Positions 56,455-64,000 of a stretch of DNA of 64,000 bases are shown piece after piece. The notes beneath the pieces are model-generated. The model was not told the origin of the DNA, searched no databases, and was given only the letters and a program-made list of their open reading frames with translations. The position numbers and the translations under genes were made by a program. Each line of letters starts with the position of its first letter. Positions within the stretch are counted from its first letter, which is position 1. The stretch is from the IMG/VR virus record IMGVR_UViG_3300042569_003487, positions 1-64,000 of that record; one strand, given 5' to 3'. The stretch comes from a virus.

Positions 56455-56921
56455 GGGGCTGTTTTGGCGTTTGACAAGCGGTCGTAGTTCTTTGAATGCA
56501 GGCGGAGTTAGTATTGGAAACTCCTTAATAACCTATACGAATAATAACTGACAATAAGTCAACTTGGACTTTCGAAGACGCTATGTCTTTCGTAGGTGCT
56601 GATTTAGCAGTAGCTGCCTAATCGCTCCCGTATCACTCATGGGACTTTAATAAGAAGTGAAAGCTAAATCCAGGTGGCTCCCTTAATAGTCAAGGCTGAC
56701 CTTGAGCATCTGATCGTAGTCGATCTATACAGGGGGCGAAAGAGTTGGAGTAACAGGTCGGAGCTCTACTAAATAATTTCGAGACCAGGTTGTTTTTCTG
56801 ATGGGTTTCCCACATACATCAAATCAGATATTTTGTCCAATTTAGAAAAAATGGACTAAGCCTGTGAATGAATTCATTGAAGTAGCCGGATTGGACACGG
56901 GTTCGACTCCCGTCAGCTCCA
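56455..56921 (+). ncRNA. ssrA: tmRNA, tag (A)DNKSTWTFEDAMSFVGADLAVAA
   Basis: GGGGCTG/CAGCTCC-A acceptor stem with G3.U70; T-arm ACGGG-TTCGACT-CCCGT; tag ORF 56550-56621 after ATAACT, ending AA-stop; CCA not encoded. Confidence 0.92.
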
Positions 56922-56955
56922 CTACTGTATTTTTCTAGGTGAATAAATAACCTAT

Positions 56956-57711
56956 ATGAAGAATACAAATACACAGGATATATTCCTTCGTAATCTTACA
57001 ATCTCTTTACTTGATCTATTAAATAGACAGTTAGAGATTGAGATGTGGCGCGACGATCGCCCAGAGATTCACACAATCCCTTTTTACTTTAATCAAGGAA
57101 CCGATGAGGGATTTATGCAAGATTTCTTTATAGGAATCCCATCTACTTGTAAAATTTCACAATTGGCTGAGGGTAATTATGATCCAATTCCTAGAGGAAT
57201 AATCACACTAAGCTCATTTAATGTAAAATCTTCAGATCTTGTAAACAAATATGTTAGAGGAACTTTTCAGCGAGATGAATTTGATGAAAACGATACAAAG
57301 AAAAGTAAAGCCTATTCGGCTAGACTCTATTCGCTTCCTCTTAAAGTAAGCTTTGATGCAAAAATTATTGTTGATAATCTTAATAAAACATTTAAGGCAA
57401 CTGAAAAGTTATTTGATCTTTTCTACAGTAATCGAGTAATGTACTTTCAATATAGAGGAATCCGGATCCCTGCTCTATTTGTTTTTCCAGATCAGGCAAC
57501 CAATGATAAAGCTTATAAATTTTCATATACTGACAATAATAAAATAACAATTTCTTTCAGCATTGAAATCGAAACTTACTTTCCTAGCTTTGATAAGACT
57601 ACTGAGATGTTTAGAGGAAACGTTATTGATCAAATTTTAACAAAAACAATTGATAAAGATTCTGGCCAATTGGATGGTAAATCTTGGATTGATAATAATA
57701 ACCCGCAATAA
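56956..57711 (+). CDS. tail sheath stabilizer/terminator (T4 gp15-like)
   Basis: IPFYF...IPRG...LPLKVSFDAKI pattern; late promoter. Confidence 0.6.
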   Translation: MKNTNTQDIFLRNLTISLLDLLNRQLEIEMWRDDRPEIHTIPFYFNQGTDEGFMQDFFIGIPSTCKISQLAEGNYDPIPRGIITLSSFNVKSSDLVNKYVRGTFQRDEFDENDTKKSKAYSARLYSLPLKVSFDAKIIVDNLNKTFKATEKLFDLFYSNRVMYFQYRGIRIPALFVFPDQATNDKAYKFSYTDNNKITISFSIEIETYFPSFDKTTEMFRGNVIDQILTKTIDKDSGQLDGKSWIDNNNPQ

Positions 57712-58514
57712 TGAAATATCTATTAGAATATAAAACTTTTATCTTATCTGAGGGAGGTAATGCTTTTCCAGAAACAGTATCTGTTAAAAGAGAAGATATT
57801 CAAAGAATTGTTAAAGAGTTTAATGATAGAGTAGTCCAGGGGATACTCGGAAGCCAGCCTGGTGAACCAATTGGTAGCTGGAAACAGAAACCTATTTCAG
57901 GAGATATTGATTGCCTGGTATACACAGATTTAGAACTGCCTAAGATTGTTGAACTGTGTAAAGCTCAAGGAATTGATGCTAAAGCTTTTTATGGTTTTAA
58001 TATTGTTTCAACTAAGTTTGAACCAACTGATCATGAACCTGTTCAAATTGATATTTTCGTAAGACCAGATTCTGCAAATAAAGAGGCAACAGATATTTTC
58101 TATAAAAATATTGAAGAGGATCCCGATACTACAAAACACCGTGTCTATTTCCTATTTACAATTTTAGATTCGCGAAAAGAAGATATCGAAGGAGACTCTG
58201 CACAACCTTCTAAATTTACAGGTTATATGTTAAGACCAGATGGTCTCTATAAGATTGTAAAAGAGATGAAGAAGGTAAATTATAAAATCATGGATCGTCA
58301 GCTAATAGCTGAAACTGGCGAAGATATGGCAAAGGCAATTTTTGGAGAAGCCTTACCATTTAGTGAATGGAATACCTTTAAGAAAACATTTGATCTTTTC
58401 ATGAAGTCGCCACTCTATCCAAATAAACAGGATATTGTTATGGCTTATATTGAGAAATTAAAAGAAGAAGGTTTACCGTTTCCGACTAGTGTTAAACTAG
58501 ATTCTTACGTTTAA
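57711..58514 (+). CDS. Pol-beta-superfamily nucleotidyltransferase with CTS-like leader
   Basis: MKYLLEYKTFILSE-GGNAF; IGS...SGDIDCL...VQIDIF. Confidence 0.7.
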   Translation: MKYLLEYKTFILSEGGNAFPETVSVKREDIQRIVKEFNDRVVQGILGSQPGEPIGSWKQKPISGDIDCLVYTDLELPKIVELCKAQGIDAKAFYGFNIVSTKFEPTDHEPVQIDIFVRPDSANKEATDIFYKNIEEDPDTTKHRVYFLFTILDSRKEDIEGDSAQPSKFTGYMLRPDGLYKIVKEMKKVNYKIMDRQLIAETGEDMAKAIFGEALPFSEWNTFKKTFDLFMKSPLYPNKQDIVMAYIEKLKEEGLPFPTSVKLDSYV

Positions 58515-59143
58515 CCGATATAGTTAAGGCCCTCACCAAAGTCTAGGGCAATATCAAAGTTATAGAATTGGAATGTTACGTCAAACGTATTAAATTTCGG
58601 CGCATTCTCATTATAAGATAGCGAAATTTGAGTTAATCCAGTTAGGATTGGATGATTAAAAACAACTGATGATACAGCATAACCTTCATTATTTAGTAGG
58701 GTTAATCTAATTGGATCTAGCGTCAATCCCTGCGGATCTGCAACAGTTGGAACACCAACTCCACTTAAACTTTTTCTTAGGTTTGCTGGTTCAACGTTTC
58801 CTTGACTTAAATAGTTAAGAGCATTATCTAAAAAGATAAAGTAATTTAGGTATGCATCACTTAGTTTAAATTTAATTGTAAACTTACGCTCAAACATATC
58901 GGCAATCGGCTTAGCACTTTTAAAATCTTGAACCTTTCCAAGAGGACGTGTCTGTGTAACAAGAGGAACGGTAAAGCCATTAAACGTAACGGATTGAATA
59001 GTAGACGCCATGAAATCTTCAATTGTCTCATATGGCATAATAAGACTATTGTAGTATTTCTCGTATTTCTTACTTATCTCCTTTGAGAAGAAAGTCTCTG
59101 GGAAACTGATTAGGAATCCGTTTTGTCTTGCACTTAGTATCAT
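58511..59143 (-). CDS. tail tube/tail completion protein (T4 gp3/gp19-like fold)
   Basis: IQSVTFNG, FTIKFKL.D...NY, C-terminal FDVTFQF. Confidence 0.6.
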   Translation of the reverse strand: MILSARQNGFLISFPETFFSKEISKKYEKYYNSLIMPYETIEDFMASTIQSVTFNGFTVPLVTQTRPLGKVQDFKSAKPIADMFERKFTIKFKLSDAYLNYFIFLDNALNYLSQGNVEPANLRKSLSGVGVPTVADPQGLTLDPIRLTLLNNEGYAVSSVVFNHPILTGLTQISLSYNENAPKFNTFDVTFQFYNFDIALDFGEGLNYIG

Positions 59144-59164
59144 ATAGATTATTTATTCCACCAT

Positions 59165-59195
59165 AAAAAAGAAAGGCTGCACTTTCGCACAGCCT
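59165..59195 (-). terminator. rho-independent terminator
   Basis: A-run followed by AGGCTG...CAGCCT. Confidence 0.6.
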
Positions 59196-59223
59196 GATCT
59201 TTGATAGTAGGATTTGTACTGTA

Positions 59224-59673
59224 TTAAGCCTCTACAAACTTAAAGAAGGTAGGGTAGTTATTACCACTCTTTACCTCACTAAGTGTTTCCAACTTAATTG
59301 GGTGATATGACAACTCTTTTTCTTGACTCAATAGCTCATTAAATTCCTTATTGAACTCTGCAAAGTTAGGGTTCATCTTAGAAACTTCTTTACCATCCTT
59401 GTCCATTTCTTTGATAACCATTTGGAGAGAAACTCCACCTTGATCGTCAGCTGTGCCATATTTTTTGATCAATTCTTCACGTTGAGTATCTAGAGTTTTA
59501 ACCTCTGCTGATACAACGTCGTTTAACTGGTTAATCCAGTATTTAGCAACTAGACCAATCTCTTCGTCTAGAATACCATTTTTTACCTTCTCTCCTGATT
59601 GCTGGTTGATCAAGCCATTAAGTTCGCTCTGTAGAGAGTAGATTTCAAAAAGTTTTACCTTTAAGTTCTTCAT
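59224..59673 (-). CDS. DUF1617-like protein
   Basis: REELIKKYG...F.EFNKEFNELL..E. Confidence 0.55.
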   Translation of the reverse strand: MKNLKVKLFEIYSLQSELNGLINQQSGEKVKNGILDEEIGLVAKYWINQLNDVVSAEVKTLDTQREELIKKYGTADDQGGVSLQMVIKEMDKDGKEVSKMNPNFAEFNKEFNELLSQEKELSYHPIKLETLSEVKSGNNYPTFFKFVEA

Positions 59674-59729
59674 GAAGTTGTTACTTTTTTGTTTCTTATA
59701 CTATAGTTCCATTTCAGGTTTTACTACAT

Positions 59730-59759
59730 AAAAAAAGGGAACATAAAATATTCCCTTTT
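59730..59759 (-). terminator. rho-independent terminator
   Basis: AAAAAAAGGGAA...TTCCCTTTT. Confidence 0.65.
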
Positions 59760-59779
59760 AAATAAATTAACAAATTAGA

Positions 59780-60121
59780 TTATGGTAATTCTGGTTCAGC
59801 TGGAGGCGTAACTGGAGTCGGTTCTGGTTGAACCCATTCAGTATCTCTAACCAATCCTGCTTTTGCTAATACTACATCAACAAATACCATATCATCAGTA
59901 CCCCAAGTGGCAGTATCTTCAGCTGTACAGTTAATGTGCTTAGACATAATTTGAACTGCTGCTGCAGCTGGTGCAGGTGCTCCTGGGTTAGGATCAGTTT
60001 CGTATAAATTAACCATAGCTGAAGCAATTCCGCTGGCTAAATCATAGTGCATTAAGTGAATTGTAGCAAATTCTGCAGTTTTGCCAAATCCGGTAATCGA
60101 TTCGATTTTTACTTTTAACAT
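59780..60121 (-). CDS. tail-fibre-associated small protein
   Basis: WGTDD motif; late promoter at 60141; start moved to MLKVKI. Confidence 0.5.
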   Translation of the reverse strand: MLKVKIESITGFGKTAEFATIHLMHYDLASGIASAMVNLYETDPNPGAPAPAAAAVQIMSKHINCTAEDTATWGTDDMVFVDVVLAKAGLVRDTEWVQPEPTPVTPPAEPELP

Positions 60122-60153
60122 TGTGAACAATATTTTTTATTATTTATCTAGTA

Positions 60154-61281
60154 CTAAGATATGCCAAAACGGGTTTGGTACTTCTTGTAATTTTGACTAA
60201 CTTGAGGAGAGGTCATCCCAGTTGAATAAATTTTAGCAACTGCAATTTTTCCATTTAAAAAATATTGACCAGAGGAAGCCGCAGCATATGTACCTATTCT
60301 ATATGGAGTACTTATTGTTAAAGATGATGATCCAGTATTTCCAGAGCCCACCTCTATTCCATTTAAGTATAGTTTACAAGTAGATCCTATCCTAGTGCAA
60401 ATTAAATGATAATACCGTCCTACTTCAATTGATCGATAGCCGCTATTAACTTCAATATTACTATTTCCTCCAACTATTCTAATTTGGCTGCCATTATCAT
60501 CAAATAGTAGGTACATGGGCGAATTAGATTCTCCGCCATTTCCTCTTGGATCAATTAAATAGTGTCTTTTTCCTGGAAGAGCATCTGCGCTAAAAACTAC
60601 CTCCATTGCATAATCTCCCAATGAAAAGCTTTGATTTGGCGTAACTACCAATCGATCGTCAGTTCCATCAAATATAAGACCGGCGTTTGAACTAAAGGAC
60701 GCTAAATTATTAATAGAATTTTTACCTGTTAAATCTAAAATAGAAGTGGTGGCTGATCTTGACCCCTTTAAAAATTGGGTCGCATGAGAGTTTTCTTCAA
60801 TTTGTGGAGCCGCAATTTCAATAGTCCCAGCTTGGTTATATCGATATACTGTTACGGTTGAAATCGTGCCACCCATATCACCTCGAGTATAGGTATATCT
60901 CTGCCAATTTTGAGTAAGTGGGCCATCTCCAAAATAATACCAGCCTCCATCTGGACCAGTTCCAGTATAAACATACATTAAATACGTACTAGGCGTAGCT
61001 GATCTAGACCTCATCCATACTGAATAAGTAAATGTTCTACCGCTGGCCGAGGTTGGAGTTGTATCTCTTGGATTTACATAATAACCAGAACTATATTGCG
61101 CATATCCTATAACATTGGTACCAAATGGAACATCTGTACTTAAGACATTTGCGTTTCCATCTGGATCAACTACTAAGTTTGTGCTAGGTTCTCCTTTGTA
61201 TGAATTAACAATGTCACCGATGTCATAGGCAAAAATTAATCCATCGTGTATTGAAGCTCCATATCCTTGTTGTACTGCCAT
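60154..61281 (-). CDS. LamG/concanavalin-A-like tail protein with CBM-like insert
   Basis: GLIFAYD....SY.G, FDGTDD, LYLNG, F.NGKI..AKIY. Confidence 0.75.
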   Translation of the reverse strand: MAVQQGYGASIHDGLIFAYDIGDIVNSYKGEPSTNLVVDPDGNANVLSTDVPFGTNVIGYAQYSSGYYVNPRDTTPTSASGRTFTYSVWMRSRSATPSTYLMYVYTGTGPDGGWYYFGDGPLTQNWQRYTYTRGDMGGTISTVTVYRYNQAGTIEIAAPQIEENSHATQFLKGSRSATTSILDLTGKNSINNLASFSSNAGLIFDGTDDRLVVTPNQSFSLGDYAMEVVFSADALPGKRHYLIDPRGNGGESNSPMYLLFDDNGSQIRIVGGNSNIEVNSGYRSIEVGRYYHLICTRIGSTCKLYLNGIEVGSGNTGSSSLTISTPYRIGTYAAASSGQYFLNGKIAVAKIYSTGMTSPQVSQNYKKYQTRFGIS

Positions 61282-61286
61282 ATTGA

Positions 61287-63152
61287 TTAAGTCTTTTCTC
61301 TAAAATAAATTTCCAATGAATTTATTGGAAGTGGGCCATTACAACCGCCTCCAGGTAATACGTCAACTCCATATCTAAGATATGCATTATATGGCTGTGC
61401 GTAGTCTTGAGTCCAGCCGCTTCCGCCACACATTGCGTGTCCAGCATTAATAGTTGAATTACAGTCACAAGTATCATCATCCAATAAAAATGATTTAATT
61501 CCTTCTGATGTTCTATATTGCCAGCTGTCTTGGTCTCCTGTATAGATTCCACCGGATAATACCGTTGGATTAAATGCTCCACGTTCTGCCCAAGCTCCCT
61601 CAGTTCCGCTAAAAAATGAATCCCAAACTCGTTGTGAAGTTTCTGAAGCATTACTAAAATCCCATTTGTAAATATTACCCGCCCCATCCTTTGCTAATAT
61701 CTCAGTATTGGATTTAGTTAAATATTGAGGAAGCCTTTGAAAACCATAGTCTCCTCCCTGATTATGTGAACCAAACGAATAATCTAGTGCATGTAAACCA
61801 GAGGGCCAGCCCTTTCCATTATACCACCAAAATTTAGTCCAACCTCCTCCATCTGTTGTCATATCACAATATGCTAAGATTGGATTTGTTAATTGAGGAG
61901 GTTTTATCCAATAATAACCAGAAGTTGCTCCAGGTTTATGTTGTTTAATTTTCTTTGCGCTAAGTCCAGCTGTGGCTGAGCTATCTCCAAGTCCGCCTAT
62001 TCCAAACTTAGCTGAATTCATTCTGTAAATTTGTTTAATTTCGCTTTCACTAAGCGCTCTATTGTAAACTTGGGTCATAAGGATTTTTCCTCTATATAGC
62101 TCAGATGTTACTGTATTTGCACCTATTCTAAACGGAGTACTTCCATCTCCAACCGTTGCGGTAGCCGACCCAGTTTTTTTAAGCTCACCGTTAATATAAA
62201 ATGCAGTTGATTCACCAAGCCGACTTGCCGAAATCATAACTGGGCTAGTAGTAAATTCTGGCAGGGTTGTATTCCATGGAGAAGATCCTAAGTATGTACT
62301 AGAATTTCCAAGATGCATGCCAATATAGTTTGTTCCAAAAAATATTTGAAGATTACTCGATGGATAACTACCAAACGTTGTTCCTCCAGAGTTACTAGAA
62401 TTAGACTGTAATATTTGAACCACGGTAAAATCCCCAGCTCCTTGAATAACACCGCTTCCAACTCCTAAATAGTCGTCAGACCCATCAAATGTCATTTGGG
62501 CACTTTCGTCAAAAGATACAGTTGATAGATTTGGACTAACCTGTCCCACTATATCCTTTAGTCCTTGGGTAGAGGTTCTGGTTCCATTTGTATATGGTGT
62601 GACATGACTCTTTTCTTCGGCTTGCGCAAGCACAAAATACATTGGCCTATTTTGAGAAATATTTTCTGCTGCCCAATATGGATATAAACTATCAGTTTGA
62701 GAAGTTAATGTATAACTTATACGTTGCCAATTTCCAGTTAATGTTACAAATTGGCCTGGATTATATGTAATTGGCCCGTATCCACCCTGGTTATATTGAC
62801 CAAGTGTTCCTAATCCTTTTACGTATGCTGAAATTGTATAGGTTCGGCCGTTACTAAATTTTCCACCATTTCCTTGATGAAAGTGAGCATACGATGTATC
62901 AGAAGTTGTTCTTACCACCTTAAGCGCTGAAACTGGTACCCCAAACGGTCCAATAATAGTTTCAGTTGCGTAAGAATATCTGCCGCTGTCCCATGAACCA
63001 AAAATCCAATTCGCAGTACCTGAACTAAAATCAGAATTTGAAAAAAGGTTTACCGTAGGCTCTCCAATATAAGAATTTACCTGATCTTGCAAATCAAATG
63101 CAAAAACCATTCCGCTTTCTGAAAAAATATTTGGTCCTGCGTGAGTTGGCAT
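61287..63152 (-). CDS. LamG + fibrinogen-C-like tail/receptor-binding protein
   Basis: FDGSDDY, YINGEL, VYNRALSESEI, then SGYYWI...YCDMTTDGGGWT. Confidence 0.8.
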   Translation of the reverse strand: MPTHAGPNIFSESGMVFAFDLQDQVNSYIGEPTVNLFSNSDFSSGTANWIFGSWDSGRYSYATETIIGPFGVPVSALKVVRTTSDTSYAHFHQGNGGKFSNGRTYTISAYVKGLGTLGQYNQGGYGPITYNPGQFVTLTGNWQRISYTLTSQTDSLYPYWAAENISQNRPMYFVLAQAEEKSHVTPYTNGTRTSTQGLKDIVGQVSPNLSTVSFDESAQMTFDGSDDYLGVGSGVIQGAGDFTVVQILQSNSSNSGGTTFGSYPSSNLQIFFGTNYIGMHLGNSSTYLGSSPWNTTLPEFTTSPVMISASRLGESTAFYINGELKKTGSATATVGDGSTPFRIGANTVTSELYRGKILMTQVYNRALSESEIKQIYRMNSAKFGIGGLGDSSATAGLSAKKIKQHKPGATSGYYWIKPPQLTNPILAYCDMTTDGGGWTKFWWYNGKGWPSGLHALDYSFGSHNQGGDYGFQRLPQYLTKSNTEILAKDGAGNIYKWDFSNASETSQRVWDSFFSGTEGAWAERGAFNPTVLSGGIYTGDQDSWQYRTSEGIKSFLLDDDTCDCNSTINAGHAMCGGSGWTQDYAQPYNAYLRYGVDVLPGGGCNGPLPINSLEIYFREKT

Positions 63153-63154
63153 AA

Positions 63155-63865
63155 TTATAATCCAAATCTATTTTTATGTGCATTAAAATTTTGGAGGGCT
63201 TCCTCTGGCGTTAAATACTTTTTATACATTCTGGCCATGGCAATGCTACCATAAAACAAATATCCAACATTATTTGGATTATTTCCAATTTGCATAGACA
63301 TATTACTCCAAATAGTAGAACCGGACCACGCGCCTCCGCCATCTCCGGTTGTTTTTTGAACTCCATCTATATAGGTTGAAAATGTTGAACTATCTCTAGT
63401 GCATATAATATGATGCCAATTATCATCAAATAGATTTGTGCCATATACTACAGTATTATGTAAGTATGTGCCAGGATATCCATTGTCTGTATTGTAGATA
63501 TAGTAAACAAGTTCTCCGCCTGGTGCAATATAACTAATAATTCCATAGTCTGGGCAAAATAGGCCTCCGATAGATTGACCTGCACCTAGACCTGGAGATT
63601 TTATCCACAGTTCAAATGCATGAGTTGAAATACCACCGAATGAATTAACAGATGGAGTAAAAGCTATATCATCTGTTCCATCGAATCTAAATATTCCTAA
63701 ATTACTTGAGCTAAAGGTTGGAGAATTTGCAAGAGATGCATTTAGGCTTGGATTTGCCAGATTAGTCCACTCTGAGCCGGAACCAGTATATGAATTAGTG
63801 TCACCTGCGTCTAACGCAAGAACCAATTCATTTGTAATAATTTTAGGTGAGTGATGTAGAGCCAT
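63155..63865 (-). CDS. LamG/concanavalin-A-like tail protein
   Basis: LVLALDAG...SY.GSG..W, FDGTDD, WHHI, YIDG, QNFNA.K.RFGL. Confidence 0.8.
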   Translation of the reverse strand: MALHHSPKIITNELVLALDAGDTNSYTGSGSEWTNLANPSLNASLANSPTFSSSNLGIFRFDGTDDIAFTPSVNSFGGISTHAFELWIKSPGLGAGQSIGGLFCPDYGIISYIAPGGELVYYIYNTDNGYPGTYLHNTVVYGTNLFDDNWHHIICTRDSSTFSTYIDGVQKTTGDGGGAWSGSTIWSNMSMQIGNNPNNVGYLFYGSIAMARMYKKYLTPEEALQNFNAHKNRFGL

Positions 63866-63891
63866 ATAAGATATTTATTTGGCTCTTTACT

Positions 63892-64000
63892 TTAATCGGG
63901 TCGTCCTTCAGTAAATGGCTCTGTCCACTCTTCAGTTGAAAGAATTTCTAAGATTTCTTCGTGAGTATATTCAGTCATGCCCTCTTGCCAAATTGCAGGT
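63892..64000 (-). CDS. partial CDS (C-terminus ...EYTHEEILEILSTEEWTEPFTEGRPD)
   Basis: Open from the window end to the TAA at 63892. Confidence 0.55.
   Translation of the reverse strand, partial: PAIWQEGMTEYTHEEILEILSTEEWTEPFTEGRPD

Noticed and set aside
56890-56921. tRNA gene
   Set aside because: The T-arm and acceptor strand pair with 56455-56461 and flank a tag ORF, so this is the tRNA-like domain of tmRNA
60154-63865. Diversity-generating retroelement targeting the tail proteins
   Set aside because: No reverse transcriptase and no near-identical TR/VR pair seen in this window
1-64000. Stop-codon reassignment (TAG/TGA), as in some large phages
   Set aside because: Conserved genes are full-length in code 11, coding density is high, and TAG and TGA end genes at sensible places

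Overview
A 64-kb segment of a large, AT-rich, T4-like (myovirus-type) phage genome in standard genetic code 11. The host is probably Bacteroidetes: it carries a Flavobacteriia-like bS21, DUF3127 and DUF4494 proteins, A-rich initiation regions without Shine-Dalgarno sequences, and TAnnTTT(G/A)-like early promoters. The right half is a morphogenesis block: large and small terminase, gp6-, gp15-, gp3-, gp26- and gp51-like genes, LamG/fibrinogen tail proteins, PhoH, an ECF sigma factor and a tmRNA. The middle holds DNA repair and nucleotide genes (Fpg, UvsE, ligase, Gmk, exonucleases), bS21, and a glycosyltransferase/FkbM pair. The left half is mostly accessory genes. Main unexplained signals: (1) About 20 unrelated proteins share an N-terminal leader resembling the T4 capsid-targeting sequence, and most lie behind an ATAAATA late-promoter motif. 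They include an amidase, a GNAT, two nucleotidyltransferases, NUDIX and HAD hydrolases, zinc proteases and a pre-toxin-TG protein, suggesting a packaged and injected effector set; a subset shares a second motif, RLxDLGL. (2) A non-coding GC-rich island carries 23 CCWGG sites, spaced about one helical turn apart in its core. (3) The packaged GNAT gene lies next to an HDAC-family deacetylase operon. (4) Five proteins carry UVR motifs, and the tmRNA has a 23-residue tag. All functional calls come from reading motifs by eye; no searches were run.
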